Assembly (NCBI RefSeq): GCF_988242995.1
Contig: NZ_OZ547043.1
Length of the DNA stretch: 64,000 nt
Strand: one strand, 5' to 3'
How positions within the stretch are numbered: the first letter of the stretch is position 1; each line of letters starts with the position of its first letter. Positions 33,331-44,846 of the stretch are shown here, one piece after another. A program made the position numbers and the translations under genes. The notes below the pieces were generated by a model. The model worked only from the letters and a program-made list of their open reading frames with translations, searched no databases and had not been told where the DNA came from.

Positions 33331-34323
33331 ATGAAAATAAAGAACATTCTACTCACCCTTTGCACCTCACTTCTGCTTACCAACGTTGCGGCACACGCCA
33401 AAGAAGTCAAAATAGGTATGGCGATTGATGATCTCCGTCTTGAACGCTGGCAAAAAGATCGAGATATTTTTGTGAAAAAGGCAGAATCTCTCGGCGCGAA
33501 AGTATTTGTACAGTCTGCAAATGGCAATGAAGAAACACAAATGTCGCAGATTGAAAACATGATTAACCGGGGCGTCGATGTTCTTGTCATTATTCCGTAT
33601 AACGGTCAGGTATTAAGTAACGTTGTAAAAGAAGCCAAACAAGAAGGTATTAAAGTATTAGCTTACGACCGTATGATTAACGATGCGGATATCGATTTTT
33701 ATATTTCTTTCGATAACGAAAAAGTCGGTGAACTGCAGGCAAAAGCCCTGGTCGATATTGTTCCGCAAGGTAATTACTTCCTGATGGGCGGCTCGCCGGT
33801 AGATAACAACGCCAAGCTGTTCCGCGCCGGGCAAATGAAAGTGTTAAAACCTTACGTTGATTCCGGAAAAATTAAAGTCGTTGGTGACCAATGGGTTGAT
33901 GGCTGGTTACCGGAAAACGCATTGAAAATTATGGAAAACGCGCTAACCGCCAATAATAACAAAATTGATGCTGTAGTTGCCTCAAACGATGCCACCGCAG
34001 GTGGGGCAATTCAGGCATTAAGCGCGCAAGGTTTATCAGGGAAAGTAGCAATTTCCGGCCAGGATGCGGATCTCGCAGGTATTAAACGTATTGCTGCCGG
34101 TAGGCAAACTATGACGGTGTATAAACCTATTACATTGTTGGCAAATACTGCCGCAGAAATTGCCGTTGAGTTGGGCAATGGTCAGGAACCAAAAGCAGAT
34201 ACCACTCTGAATAATGGTCTGAAAGATGTTCCCTCCCGCCTGCTGACACCGATCGATGTGAATAAAAACAACATCAAAGAAACGGTAGTTAAAGACGGAT
34301 TCCACAAAGAGAGCGAGCTGTAA
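33331..34323 (+). CDS. xylF: D-xylose ABC transporter periplasmic binding protein XylF (330 aa)
   Basis: Start trimmed to ATG 33331 (MKIKNILLTLCTSLLLTNVAAHA signal peptide). Confidence 0.93.
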   Translation: MKIKNILLTLCTSLLLTNVAAHAKEVKIGMAIDDLRLERWQKDRDIFVKKAESLGAKVFVQSANGNEETQMSQIENMINRGVDVLVIIPYNGQVLSNVVKEAKQEGIKVLAYDRMINDADIDFYISFDNEKVGELQAKALVDIVPQGNYFLMGGSPVDNNAKLFRAGQMKVLKPYVDSGKIKVVGDQWVDGWLPENALKIMENALTANNNKIDAVVASNDATAGGAIQALSAQGLSGKVAISGQDADLAGIKRIAAGRQTMTVYKPITLLANTAAEIAVELGNGQEPKADTTLNNGLKDVPSRLLTPIDVNKNNIKETVVKDGFHKESEL

Positions 34324-34400
34324 GCGTTACGCCCCGGCGAGGAGCGGGGGCGTGATTTCTCTCCATGCCGCGTGAATGAATTGGCTTAGGTGGGGTCGTT

Positions 34401-35942
34401 ATGCCTTATCTACTTGAAATGAAGAACATTACCAAAACCTTCGGCAGTGTGAAGGCGATTGATAACGTCAGCTTGCGGTTGAATGCTGGCGAAATCGTCT
34501 CACTCTGTGGGGAAAATGGGTCTGGTAAATCAACGCTGATGAAAGTGCTGTGTGGTATTTACCCCCATGGCTCCTACGAAGGCGAAATTATTTTTGCGGG
34601 AGAAGAGATTCAGGCGAGTCACATCCGCGATACCGAACGCAAAGGTATCGCCATCATTCACCAGGAATTGGCCCTGGTGAAAGAATTGACCGTGCTGGAA
34701 AATATCTTCCTGGGTAACGAAATAACCCACAATGGCATTATGGATTATGACCTGATGACGCTACGCTGTCAGAAGCTGCTCGCACAGGTCAGTTTATCCA
34801 TTTCACCTGATACCCGCGTTGGCGATTTAGGGCTTGGGCAACAACAACTGGTTGAAATTGCCAAGGCACTTAATAAACAGGTGCGTTTGTTAATTCTCGA
34901 TGAACCGACAGCCTCATTAACTGAGCAGGAAACGTCGGTTTTACTGGATATTATTCGCGATCTGCAACAGCACGGTATCGCCTGTATTTATATTTCGCAC
35001 AAACTCAACGAAGTCAAAGCGATTTCCGATACGATTTGCGTTATTCGCGACGGTCAGCACATTGGTACGCGTGATGCTGCCGGAATGAGTGAAGACGATA
35101 TTATCACCATGATGGTCGGGCGAGAGTTAACCGCGCTTTACCCTAATGAACCACATACCACCGGAGATGAAATATTACGTATTGAACATCTGACGGCATG
35201 GCATCCGGTTAATCGTCATATTAAACGAGTTAATGATGTCTCGTTTTCCCTGAAACGTGGCGAAATATTAGGTATTGCCGGACTCGTTGGTGCCGGACGT
35301 ACAGAGACCATTCAGTGCCTGTTTGGCGTGTGGCCCGGACAATGGGAAGGAAAAATTTATATTGATGGCAAACAGGTAGATATTCGTAATTGTCAGCAAG
35401 CCATCGCCCAGGGGATTGCGATGGTCCCCGAAGACAGAAAGCGCGACGGTATCGTTCCGGTAATGGCGGTTGGTAAAAATATTACCCTCGCCGCACTCAA
35501 TAAATTTACCGGCGGTATTAGCCAGCTTGATGACGCGGCAGAGCAAAAATGTATTCTGGAATCAATCCAGCAACTCAAAGTTAAAACGTCGTCCCCCGAC
35601 CTTGCTATTGGACGTTTGAGCGGCGGTAATCAGCAAAAAGCGATCCTCGCTCGCTGCCTGTTACTCAACCCGCGCATTCTCATTCTTGATGAGCCTACCA
35701 GGGGTATCGATATTGGCGCGAAATACGAGATCTACAAATTAATTAACCAACTCGTCCAGCAGGGTATTGCCGTTATTGTCATCTCTTCCGAATTACCTGA
35801 AGTGCTCGGCCTTAGCGATCGTGTACTGGTGATGCATGAAGGGAAACTAAAAGCCAACCTGATAAATCATAACCTGACTCAGGAGCAGGTGATGGAAGCC
35901 GCATTGAGGAGCGAACATCATGTCGAAAAGCAATCCGTCTGA
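34401..35942 (+). CDS. xylG: D-xylose ABC transporter ATP-binding protein XylG (513 aa)
   Basis: Tandem ABC domains (GENGSGKST; LSGGNQQK). Confidence 0.93.
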   Translation: MPYLLEMKNITKTFGSVKAIDNVSLRLNAGEIVSLCGENGSGKSTLMKVLCGIYPHGSYEGEIIFAGEEIQASHIRDTERKGIAIIHQELALVKELTVLENIFLGNEITHNGIMDYDLMTLRCQKLLAQVSLSISPDTRVGDLGLGQQQLVEIAKALNKQVRLLILDEPTASLTEQETSVLLDIIRDLQQHGIACIYISHKLNEVKAISDTICVIRDGQHIGTRDAAGMSEDDIITMMVGRELTALYPNEPHTTGDEILRIEHLTAWHPVNRHIKRVNDVSFSLKRGEILGIAGLVGAGRTETIQCLFGVWPGQWEGKIYIDGKQVDIRNCQQAIAQGIAMVPEDRKRDGIVPVMAVGKNITLAALNKFTGGISQLDDAAEQKCILESIQQLKVKTSSPDLAIGRLSGGNQQKAILARCLLLNPRILILDEPTRGIDIGAKYEIYKLINQLVQQGIAVIVISSELPEVLGLSDRVLVMHEGKLKANLINHNLTQEQVMEAALRSEHHVEKQSV

Positions 35943-37101
35943 AGTGAAATTGGCCGTACCGACATCCGGTGGCTTTTCCGGGTTGAAGTCACTGAATTTG
36001 CAGGTCTTCGTGATGATTGCAGCTATCATCGCAATCATGCTGTTCTTTACCTGGACCACCGATGGTGCCTACTTAAGCGCTCGTAACGTCTCCAACCTGT
36101 TACGCCAGACCGCGATTACCGGCATCCTCGCGGTAGGAATGGTGTTCGTCATAATTTCTGCTGAAATCGACCTTTCCGTCGGCTCAATGATGGGGCTATT
36201 AGGTGGCGTCGCGGCGATTTGTGACGTCTGGCTAGGCTGGCCTTTGCCACTTACCATCATTGTGACTTTGGTTCTGGGACTGCTTCTCGGTGCCTGGAAC
36301 GGATGGTGGGTCGCGTACCGCAAAGTCCCTTCATTTATTGTCACCCTCGCGGGCATGTTGGCATTTCGCGGCATACTCATTGGCATCACCAACGGCACGA
36401 CTGTATCCCCCACCAGCGCCGCGATGTCACAAATCGGGCAAAGCTATCTACCCGCCAGCACCGGCTTCATCATTGGCACGCTTGGCTTAATGGCTTTTGT
36501 TGGCTGGCAATGGCGCGGAAGAATGCGCCGTCAGGCTTTGGGTTTGCAGTCTCCGGCCTCTACCGCAGTTGTCGGTCGCCAGGCATTAACGGCGATTATC
36601 GTCTTAGGCGCAATCTGGCTGTTGAACGATTACCGTGGCGTTCCCACTCCTGTTCTGCTGCTGACGTTGCTGTTACTCGGCGGAATGTTTATGGCAACGC
36701 GGACGGCATTTGGACGACGCATTTATGCCATCGGCGGCAATCTGGAAGCAGCACGTCTCTCCGGGATTAACGTTGAACGCACCAAACTTTCCGTGTTCGC
36801 TATTAACGGATTAATGGTAGCCATCGCCGGATTAATCCTCAGTTCTCGACTTGGCGCTGGTTCACCTTCTGCGGGGAATATCGCCGAGCTGGACGCAATT
36901 GCAGCATGCGTGATTGGCGGCACCAGTCTGGCAGGCGGCGTCGGGAGCGTGGCTGGAGCGGTAATGGGGGCATTCATCATGGCTTCACTGGATAACGGTA
37001 TGAGTATGATGGATGTACCGACCTTCTGGCAGTATATCGTTAAAGGTGCGATTCTGTTGCTGGCAGTATGGATGGACTCCGCAACCAAACGCCGTTCTTG
37101 A
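35920..37101 (+). CDS. xylH: D-xylose ABC transporter permease XylH (393 aa)
   Basis: Polytopic permease overlapping xylG 3' end by 23 bp. Confidence 0.93.
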   Translation: MSKSNPSEVKLAVPTSGGFSGLKSLNLQVFVMIAAIIAIMLFFTWTTDGAYLSARNVSNLLRQTAITGILAVGMVFVIISAEIDLSVGSMMGLLGGVAAICDVWLGWPLPLTIIVTLVLGLLLGAWNGWWVAYRKVPSFIVTLAGMLAFRGILIGITNGTTVSPTSAAMSQIGQSYLPASTGFIIGTLGLMAFVGWQWRGRMRRQALGLQSPASTAVVGRQALTAIIVLGAIWLLNDYRGVPTPVLLLTLLLLGGMFMATRTAFGRRIYAIGGNLEAARLSGINVERTKLSVFAINGLMVAIAGLILSSRLGAGSPSAGNIAELDAIAACVIGGTSLAGGVGSVAGAVMGAFIMASLDNGMSMMDVPTFWQYIVKGAILLLAVWMDSATKRRS

Positions 37102-37178
37102 TTTTGATAAAAATTTTCTCAAAGCCGGTAACATATTACCGGTTTTGAGTTTTTGCATGATTCAGCAGGAAAAGAACC

Positions 37179-38357
37179 ATGTTTACTAAACGTCACCGCA
37201 TCACATTACTGTTCAATGCCAATAAAGCCTATGACCGGCAGGTAGTAGAGGGCGTAGGGGAATATTTACAGGCGTCACAATCGGAATGGGATATTTTCAT
37301 TGAAGAAGATTTCCGCGCCCGCATTGATAAAATCAAGGACTGGTTAGGAGATGGCGTCATTGCCGACTTCGACGACAAACAAATCGAGCAAGCGCTGGCT
37401 GATGTCGACGTCCCCATTGTTGGGGTTGGCGGCTCGTATCACCTTGCAGAAAGTTACCCACCCGTTCATTACATTGCCACCGATAACTATGCGCTGGTTG
37501 AAAGCGCATTTTTGCATTTAAAAGAGAAAGGCGTTAACCGCTTTGCTTTTTATGGTCTTCCGGAATCAAGCGGTAAACGTTGGGCCACTGAACGCGAATA
37601 TGCATTTCGTCAGCTTGTCGCCGAAGAAAAGTATCGCGGAGTGGTTTATCAGGGATTAGAAACCGCGCCAGAGAACTGGCAACACGCGCAAAATCGGCTG
37701 GCAGACTGGCTACAAACGCTCCCACCGCAAACCGGGATTATTGCCGTTACTGACGCCCGGGCGCGGCATATTCTGCAAGTATGTGAACATCTACATATTC
37801 CCGTACCGGAAAAATTATGCGTGATTGGCATCGATAACGAAGAACTGACCCGCTATCTGTCGCGTGTCGCCCTTTCTTCGGTCGCTCAGGGCGCGCGGCA
37901 AATGGGCTATCAGGCGGCAAAACTGTTGCATCGATTATTAGATAAAGAAGAAATGCCGCTACAGCGGATTTTGGTCCCACCAGTTCGCGTCATTGAACGG
38001 CGCTCAACAGATTACCGCTCGCTGACCGATCCCGCCGTTATTCAGGCCATGCATTACATTCGTAATCACGCCTGTAAAGGGATTAAAGTGGATCAGGTAC
38101 TCGATGCGGTCGGGATCTCGCGCTCCAATCTTGAGAAGCGTTTTAAAGAAGAGGTGGGTGAAACCATCCATGCCATGATTCATGCCGAGAAGTTGGAGAA
38201 AGCGCGCAGTCTGCTGATTTCAACCACCTTGTCAATCAATGAGATATCGCAAATGTGCGGTTATCCATCGCTGCAATATTTCTACTCTGTTTTTAAAAAA
38301 GCATATGACACGACGCCAAAAGAGTATCGCGATGTAAATAGCGAGGTCATGTTGTAG
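37179..38357 (+). CDS. xylR: Xylose operon transcriptional activator XylR (AraC family), 392 aa
   Basis: Periplasmic-binding-protein-like N-domain plus C-terminal AraC HTH. Confidence 0.93.
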   Translation: MFTKRHRITLLFNANKAYDRQVVEGVGEYLQASQSEWDIFIEEDFRARIDKIKDWLGDGVIADFDDKQIEQALADVDVPIVGVGGSYHLAESYPPVHYIATDNYALVESAFLHLKEKGVNRFAFYGLPESSGKRWATEREYAFRQLVAEEKYRGVVYQGLETAPENWQHAQNRLADWLQTLPPQTGIIAVTDARARHILQVCEHLHIPVPEKLCVIGIDNEELTRYLSRVALSSVAQGARQMGYQAAKLLHRLLDKEEMPLQRILVPPVRVIERRSTDYRSLTDPAVIQAMHYIRNHACKGIKVDQVLDAVGISRSNLEKRFKEEVGETIHAMIHAEKLEKARSLLISTTLSINEISQMCGYPSLQYFYSVFKKAYDTTPKEYRDVNSEVML

Positions 38358-38464
38358 CGATGATGAGAATTGTCGGCGTCGCTTCAGGTAACTCAGCACA
38401 ACCACCTGATGGGAGCAAAAGCCTTATCCGACAGACAAATCGGATAAGGCTCGAGGAAATGCAA

Positions 38465-39289
38465 TTACATATGTGCCGCGATTAACCGTTGGTTATCCTG
38501 GTACATTGCGAACAGGTAGTTGTTATAACTCTTCCCTTTGGTCGAGTAGCCCTTCAGCTTGTGAATCATCGCTGTGGCAGTCACTTCCTGATCTGCTTTA
38601 CGCAGCTGTGCACGCGATTTACGGAACGAAGAGTAAGCCGGATGCGTATTCAGGTTAGTAACATAGGCGCTCACCGATTCTTTGACAGAACTAAACTGTG
38701 AGTACCCCTTCACTTTACCCGGCGCATTAGTACAACGTCCTTTCATGCATTTCATGCCGAACAGATTGTTGTTGTTGCGCGCCAGCTTCGACGTTCCCCA
38801 ACCGCTTTCTGCTGCAGCCATCGTCGCTACCATACTGGTGGGGATAATGTCTACGCGTTCAAGCAAGGTATTCCACGGGATTTTTCGCGTATTACCAGAC
38901 CACTTCACCTTGTAGCGTTTGGCGATGTCTTTCAGACGCGCACGCTCAGCAGGTGACCATTGGCCCTGATACTGTTTTGAAATCAGCCAGTTACGTTCCG
39001 CAGTAATGGCCGCATTTTGGCTGGTAATGTAAGGCATTACAGTCCGGAGAAACGCCTTTTTCCTTGGTGTTCCGGAAGGGTATTTTCGCAAATCAGGAAG
39101 TGAACTACTCTTTGCACTATTGCGAGAATACTCTTGTTTACTGCTTACCTGGTTATTACTAGCTTTAGTTAAGTGGGACTTTTGACTCGCTGTTGTTGTG
39201 TGCGTCTTCGCTAACACCTCACTCGAAAACACCAGAGTGAGTAACATAAGAATCATCGCCCCATATCGTCGTATGGGAGTCAAAATCAT
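38465..39289 (-). CDS. bax: Bax protein (glucosaminidase-like domain), 274 aa
   Basis: Signal peptide plus FlgJ/glucosaminidase-like domain; synteny xylR-bax-malS. Confidence 0.85.
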   Translation of the reverse strand: MILTPIRRYGAMILMLLTLVFSSEVLAKTHTTTASQKSHLTKASNNQVSSKQEYSRNSAKSSSLPDLRKYPSGTPRKKAFLRTVMPYITSQNAAITAERNWLISKQYQGQWSPAERARLKDIAKRYKVKWSGNTRKIPWNTLLERVDIIPTSMVATMAAAESGWGTSKLARNNNNLFGMKCMKGRCTNAPGKVKGYSQFSSVKESVSAYVTNLNTHPAYSSFRKSRAQLRKADQEVTATAMIHKLKGYSTKGKSYNNYLFAMYQDNQRLIAAHM

Positions 39290-39608
39290 CAGGTCTCCTG
39301 GTCGGATTTAATCATTCCAACACCTTATATTTTTCACAAATTTGAGAGTTGAATCTCAAATCATATCAAAAATAGCTGTCAAGAGCACCCCAAGGAATAG
39401 TCCAAATCTGAAACTATGTCACGAGTTAACGATTCAGATTGGCGCTAAATCGCAGAAAATGTGGGGTTTATCGCAAAATTCAGCCGTTTTTTGCGCGCGA
39501 TCGCTCACCCTTGCTTCTCATCCTGTGGACTTACCGCTCAGGGATGAGTTTTGTCTGGCTTATCGCTGGCAAACTGTCTGAAATCGCAGCAATAAGGACT
39601 CATTCACC

Positions 39609-41639
39609 ATGAAACTCGCCGCCTGTTTTCTGACGCTCCTTCCTGGCTTCGCCGTTGCCGCCAGCTGGACTTCTCCGGGGTTTCCCGCCTTTAGCGAACA
39701 GGGGACGGGAACATTTGTCAGCCACGCACAGTTGCCCAAAGGTACGCGTCCACTAACGCTAAATTTTGACCAACAGTGCTGGCAGCCTGCGGATGCGATA
39801 AAACTCAATCAGATGCTTTCCCTGCAACCTTGTAGCAACACGCCGCCTCAATGGCAATTGTTCAGGGACGGCGAATATACGCTGCAACTAGACACCCGCT
39901 CCGGTACACCAACATTGATGATTTCCATCCAGAACGCCGTCGAACCGGTAGCAAGCCTGGTCCGTGAATGCCCGAAATGGGATGGATTACCGCTCACACT
40001 GGATGTCAGCGCCACTTTCCCGGAAGGAGCCGCCGTACGGGATTATTACAGCCAGCAAATTGCGATAGTGAAGAACGGTCAAATAACGTTACAACCCGCT
40101 GCCACCAGCAACGGTTTACTCCTGCTGGAACGGGCAGAAACTGACGCCCCTGCCCCTTTTGACTGGCATAACGCCACAGTTTACTTTGTGCTGACAGATC
40201 GTTTCGAAAACGGCGATCCCAGTAATGACCAGAGTTACGGACGTCATAAAGACGGTATGGCAGAAATTGGCACTTTTCACGGCGGCGATTTACGCGGCCT
40301 GACCAACAAACTGGATTACCTCCAGCAGTTGGGCGTTAATGCTTTATGGATAAGCGCCCCATTTGAGCAAATTCACGGCTGGGTCGGCGGCGGTACAAAA
40401 GGTGATTTCCCGCATTATGCCTACCACGGTTATTACACACAGGACTGGACGAATCTTGATGCCAATATGGGCAGCGAAGCCGATCTACGGACACTGGTTG
40501 ATAGCGCGCATCAGCGCGGTATTCGTATTCTCTTTGATGTCGTGATGAACCACACTGGCTATGCCACGCTGGCGGATATGCAGGAGTATCAGTTTGGCGC
40601 GTTATATCTTTCTGGTGACGAAGTGAAAAAAACGTTGGGTGAACGCTGGAGCGACTGGAAACCTGCCGCCGGGCAAACCTGGCATAGCTTTAACGATTAC
40701 ATTAATTTCAGCGACAAAACAGGCTGGGATAAATGGTGGGGAAAAAACTGGATCAGAACCGATATCGGCGATTACGACAATCCTGGATTCGACGATCTCA
40801 CTATGTCGCTGGCCTTTTTGCCGGATATCAAAACCGAATCAACGACCGCTTCTGGTCTACCAGTGTTCTATAAAAACAAAACGGATACCCACGCTAAAGT
40901 TATCGACGGTTTTACCCCTCGCGATTACTTAACCCACTGGTTAAGTCAGTGGGTCCGCGACTATGGGATTGATGGTTTTCGGGTCGACACCGCCAAACAT
41001 GTTGAGTTGCCCGCCTGGCAGCAACTGAAATCCGAAGCCAGCGCCGCACTTCGCGAATGGAAAAAAGCTAACCCCGACAAAACATTAGATGACAAACCGT
41101 TCTGGATGACCGGTGAAGCCTGGGGCCACGGCGTGATGCAAAGTGATTACTATCGCCACGGCTTCGATGCGATGATCAATTTCGATTATCAGGAGCAGGC
41201 GGCTAAAGCAGTCGATTGTCTGGCGCAGATGGATACGACCTGGCAGCAAATGGCGGAGAAATTGCAGGATTTCAACGTGTTGAGCTACCTCTCATCGCAT
41301 GATACCCGCCTGTTCCGTGAAGGGGGCGACAAAGCAGCAGAGTTATTATTATTAGCGCCAGGCGCGGTACAAATCTTTTATGGTGATGAATCCTCGCGTC
41401 CGTTCGGCCCCACCGGTTCGGATCCGCTGCAAGGTACGCGTTCGGATATGAACTGGCAGGATGTTAGCGGTAAATCTGCCGCCAGCGTCGCGCACTGGCA
41501 GAAAATCAGCCAGTTCCGCGCCCGCCATCCCGCAATTGGCGAGGGCAAACAAACGACACTTTCGCTGAAGCAGGGCTACGGCTTTGTTCGTGAGCATGGC
41601 GACGATAAAGTGCTGGTCATCTGGGCTGGGCAACAGTGA
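39609..41639 (+). CDS. malS: Periplasmic alpha-amylase MalS (676 aa)
   Basis: Signal peptide; GH13 motifs (GFRVDTAKH, FDVVMNHTG). Confidence 0.93.
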   Translation: MKLAACFLTLLPGFAVAASWTSPGFPAFSEQGTGTFVSHAQLPKGTRPLTLNFDQQCWQPADAIKLNQMLSLQPCSNTPPQWQLFRDGEYTLQLDTRSGTPTLMISIQNAVEPVASLVRECPKWDGLPLTLDVSATFPEGAAVRDYYSQQIAIVKNGQITLQPAATSNGLLLLERAETDAPAPFDWHNATVYFVLTDRFENGDPSNDQSYGRHKDGMAEIGTFHGGDLRGLTNKLDYLQQLGVNALWISAPFEQIHGWVGGGTKGDFPHYAYHGYYTQDWTNLDANMGSEADLRTLVDSAHQRGIRILFDVVMNHTGYATLADMQEYQFGALYLSGDEVKKTLGERWSDWKPAAGQTWHSFNDYINFSDKTGWDKWWGKNWIRTDIGDYDNPGFDDLTMSLAFLPDIKTESTTASGLPVFYKNKTDTHAKVIDGFTPRDYLTHWLSQWVRDYGIDGFRVDTAKHVELPAWQQLKSEASAALREWKKANPDKTLDDKPFWMTGEAWGHGVMQSDYYRHGFDAMINFDYQEQAAKAVDCLAQMDTTWQQMAEKLQDFNVLSYLSSHDTRLFREGGDKAAELLLLAPGAVQIFYGDESSRPFGPTGSDPLQGTRSDMNWQDVSGKSAASVAHWQKISQFRARHPAIGEGKQTTLSLKQGYGFVREHGDDKVLVIWAGQQ

Positions 41640-41816
41640 CTTTTCCGGCTTCCCGTTCGTCAGTACCTCGGGAAGCCGCCAACCAGGATAAAATGTCAGC
41701 TCTAATCAGCGTTGCAGGATAAAGCACCGCTCCCTCTTCAACAGAGCGATTTGCACCCCAGCAAATGTAGCGTTATTGTTACCTTCCTTGCTACAGAGTT
41801 CGACAGATATCCCGCT

Positions 41817-43070
41817 ATGACATTCTCCCTTTTTGGTGACAAATTTACCCGCCACTCCGGCATTACGCTGCTGATGGAAGATCTGAACGACGGTTTACGC
41901 ACGCCCGGCGCGATTATGCTCGGCGGCGGTAATCCGGCGCAGATCCCGGAAATGCAGGACTACTTCCAGACGCTACTGACCGACATGCTGGAAAGTGGCA
42001 AAGCGACTGATGCACTGTGCAATTACGACGGTCCACAGGGGAAAACGGAGCTACTCACACTGCTTGCCGGAATGCTGCGCGAGAAGTTGGGCTGGGATAT
42101 CGAACCACAGAATATTGCACTAACAAACGGCAGCCAGAGCGCGTTTTTCTACTTATTTAATCTGTTCGCCGGACGCCGTGTCGATGGTCGGGTCAAAAAA
42201 GTGCTGTTTCCGCTGGCACCGGAATACATTGGCTACGCTGACGCCGGACTGGAAGAAGATCTGTTTGTCTCTGCGCGTCCGAATATTGAACTGCTGCCGG
42301 AAGGCCAGTTTAAATACCACGTCGATTTTGAGCATCTGCATATTGGCGAAGAAACCGGGATGATTTGCGTCTCCCGGCCGACGAATCCAACAGGCAATGT
42401 GATTACTGACGAAGAGTTGCTGAAGCTTGACGCGCTGGCGAATCAACACGGCATTCCGCTGGTGATTGATAACGCTTATGGCGTCCCGTTCCCGGGTATC
42501 ATCTTCAGCGAAGCGCGCCCGCTGTGGAATCCGAATATCGTACTGTGCATGAGTCTTTCCAAGCTGGGTCTACCAGGCTCCCGCTGCGGCATTATCATCG
42601 CCAATGAAAAAATCATCACCGCCATCACCAATATGAACGGCATTATCAGCCTGGCACCTGGCGGTATTGGTCCGGCGATGATGAGTGAAATGATTAAGCG
42701 TAACGATCTGCTGCGCCTGTCTGAAACAGTCATCAAACCGTTTTACTACCAGCGTGTTCAGGAAACTATCGCCATCATTCGCCGCTATTTACCGGAAGAT
42801 CGCTGCCTGATTCATAAACCCGAAGGAGCCATTTTCCTCTGGCTATGGTTTAAGGATTTGCCAATTACGACCGAGCAGCTCTACCAGCGCCTGAAAGCAC
42901 GGGGCGTGCTGATGGTGCCGGGGCACAGCTTCTTCCCAGGGCTGGATAAACCGTGGCCGCATACGCATCAATGTATGCGCATGAACTACGTACCAGAGCC
43001 GGAGAAAATTGAGGCGGGAGTGAAGATTCTGGCGGAAGAGATAGAAAGAGCCTGGGCTGAAAGTCACTAA
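41817..43070 (+). CDS. avtA: Valine--pyruvate aminotransferase AvtA (417 aa)
   Basis: Start trimmed from 41712 to ATG 41817 (MTFSLFGDKFTRHSGI...); PLP aminotransferase fold. Confidence 0.9.
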   Translation: MTFSLFGDKFTRHSGITLLMEDLNDGLRTPGAIMLGGGNPAQIPEMQDYFQTLLTDMLESGKATDALCNYDGPQGKTELLTLLAGMLREKLGWDIEPQNIALTNGSQSAFFYLFNLFAGRRVDGRVKKVLFPLAPEYIGYADAGLEEDLFVSARPNIELLPEGQFKYHVDFEHLHIGEETGMICVSRPTNPTGNVITDEELLKLDALANQHGIPLVIDNAYGVPFPGIIFSEARPLWNPNIVLCMSLSKLGLPGSRCGIIIANEKIITAITNMNGIISLAPGGIGPAMMSEMIKRNDLLRLSETVIKPFYYQRVQETIAIIRRYLPEDRCLIHKPEGAIFLWLWFKDLPITTEQLYQRLKARGVLMVPGHSFFPGLDKPWPHTHQCMRMNYVPEPEKIEAGVKILAEEIERAWAESH

Positions 43071-43074
43071 AAAT

Positions 43075-43190
43075 TGCCTGATGCGCTACGCTTATCAGGC
43101 CTACATGATTTCTGCAATATATTGAATTTGGTAGAATTTGTAGGCCGGATAAGGCGTTTTAGCCGCATCCGGCATAAACAAAGCGCACTA
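43075..43190. repeat. REP/BIME cluster (two REP-type palindromes) between avtA and ysaA
   Basis: gcctgatgcgctacgcttatcaggcctac and taggccggataaggcgttttagccgcatccggcat match the E. coli REP consensus. Confidence 0.8.
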
Positions 43191-43221
43191 TCCCTGCGTT
43201 GAGAAACGCCGGAAAAACGTT

Positions 43222-43695
43222 TCAAACAGGCTGCTGCCGTAGCCGATGTCGCTGCACTTTCTCGACATCCATGCACTGCAACGCCTTTGTCGGGCAGGCT
43301 TCAACACAGGCCGGTCCCGTCGCCCGATGCCAGCACAGATCGCACTTAATCGCCCTCGCCTTTTTGCGCGAAGAAACGACCTCCATCGCACCAAACGGGC
43401 AAGCCAGCATACAGCTTTTACAGCCAATGCAACGTGATTGTTCAACGAAAATATGCCCATGTTCGCGGCTTATCGCGTCAACAGGGCAGACATTCGCGCA
43501 CGGTGCATCTTCACACTGATGGCAGGCTACAGCCGTGGTCCATGTGTGGTCTTTAATGACACGAATACGGGAAATAAACTCGTCTGGTGACAACGCAGCG
43601 CAATCCTGATTTTCCTGATGCGACACTGCGCAAGCCACTTCACAGGTACGGCAACCGATACATTTCGTCGCATCTGCAATAATAAACCGGTTCAT
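43222..43695 (-). CDS. ysaA: 4Fe-4S ferredoxin-type protein YsaA (157 aa)
   Basis: Multiple CxxCxxCxxxCP motifs; ATG at plus-strand cat 43693-43695 (ORF-track start is GTG two codons upstream). Confidence 0.85.
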   Translation of the reverse strand: MNRFIIADATKCIGCRTCEVACAVSHQENQDCAALSPDEFISRIRVIKDHTWTTAVACHQCEDAPCANVCPVDAISREHGHIFVEQSRCIGCKSCMLACPFGAMEVVSSRKKARAIKCDLCWHRATGPACVEACPTKALQCMDVEKVQRHRLRQQPV

Positions 43696-43796
43696 GATCA
43701 CTCCTTTGCACTAAAACAGCAGAGTGCCAGAGAGCGCGTCTCTACTGCTTTGATCCAACGAAGGAAATGTTAAAGTTTTGGCACTTGTCCAAAGCG

Positions 43797-44645
43797 TTAT
43801 GTGATCGCGCCCTGGTCGTCCCTGACAGTAAATCCCAGTTCATTAGAAATAGCCTGCGCGGTTTCACGCAGTGGTTTCAGGAGATTTTTCTCCCCCACCT
43901 GTTTCAGACGCGATGTCGAAAGAGAAATCGACACGGCGTACGGCACCCGCCCATGAATATCAAACACCGGAACAGCAATACAAGAGACGCCGAGTTCGTT
44001 TTCTTCTCTGTCCATCGCCGCTCCGCTTTCACGAATGTGCGCCAGTTCGTCGAACATCGCGGGCAGCTCGGTAATGGTATTGCGGGTTAACGGCTGGATC
44101 TCATGCTGATGGCTTTCCCAGTATGACTTCACGTAGTCCGGGTGACCAAACGCCATGTAGATCTTGCCCATTGCGGAACAGTAGAGCGGCATATGCTGGC
44201 CTATATAGGCACGGGTTCGCAGCATCCCGGTTGTGGGTTCCAGCTTATAAATCAAAATAGCGTGATCGTCTTCGCGGCTCGAGAAGTTAATGGTTTCACC
44301 AGTGGCGATGTTCAGTGCCTCAAGATGCGGAGCGGCGATATGAATGATATTCAGCGAAGACAGCGCCTTCTGCCCGACGGCAATAAATTTGGTAGTCAGG
44401 CGGTAACTCCCTGCGGCGGGCGCGGTGGTCACATAGCCGCAGGATTGTAATCCCTGCAATAAGCGATGGACGGTACTCTTATTTAAACCAGCCAGCTCCG
44501 AAAGATGCGCCAACGGACAACCGTTTGGATAGTTGCTCAAAATCTCAATCAGCATCAACCCGCGAAACAGACTCTGGCTTCCGGCTGGACGCTCTTTTTC
44601 CTGCGCCATCTCGTTCTCTTTTTTTCCCATCACTTCTTTCCCCAT
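43797..44645 (-). CDS. yiaJ: IclR-family transcriptional repressor YiaJ of the yiaK-S operon (282 aa)
   Basis: N-terminal HTH plus IclR effector domain; divergent from yiaK. Confidence 0.9.
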   Translation of the reverse strand: MGKEVMGKKENEMAQEKERPAGSQSLFRGLMLIEILSNYPNGCPLAHLSELAGLNKSTVHRLLQGLQSCGYVTTAPAAGSYRLTTKFIAVGQKALSSLNIIHIAAPHLEALNIATGETINFSSREDDHAILIYKLEPTTGMLRTRAYIGQHMPLYCSAMGKIYMAFGHPDYVKSYWESHQHEIQPLTRNTITELPAMFDELAHIRESGAAMDREENELGVSCIAVPVFDIHGRVPYAVSISLSTSRLKQVGEKNLLKPLRETAQAISNELGFTVRDDQGAIT

Positions 44646-44846
44646 TTTGTCGCGTCCTGATGGTAGCGCAAAGTGTGTCGTAGTTCACGATCTCGACAGA
44701 TAATTTATAACCACTTGATTTTTAAGTTTTTTGAAATTCATCAATCAGATTGCTTTGTTAAAAAGCGATCGATATATTTGAAATCAGATTTCGCATATTG
44801 AAATTTTATGCCAAAAAAGCGATCAAAAAAAACAAGGAAGCCAGGG

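Noticed and set aside
43075-43190. Possibility that the palindromes between avtA and ysaA are a small RNA gene or attenuator
   Set aside because: The sequences match the REP consensus closely and are best explained as a BIME cluster; no promoter-like element precedes them.
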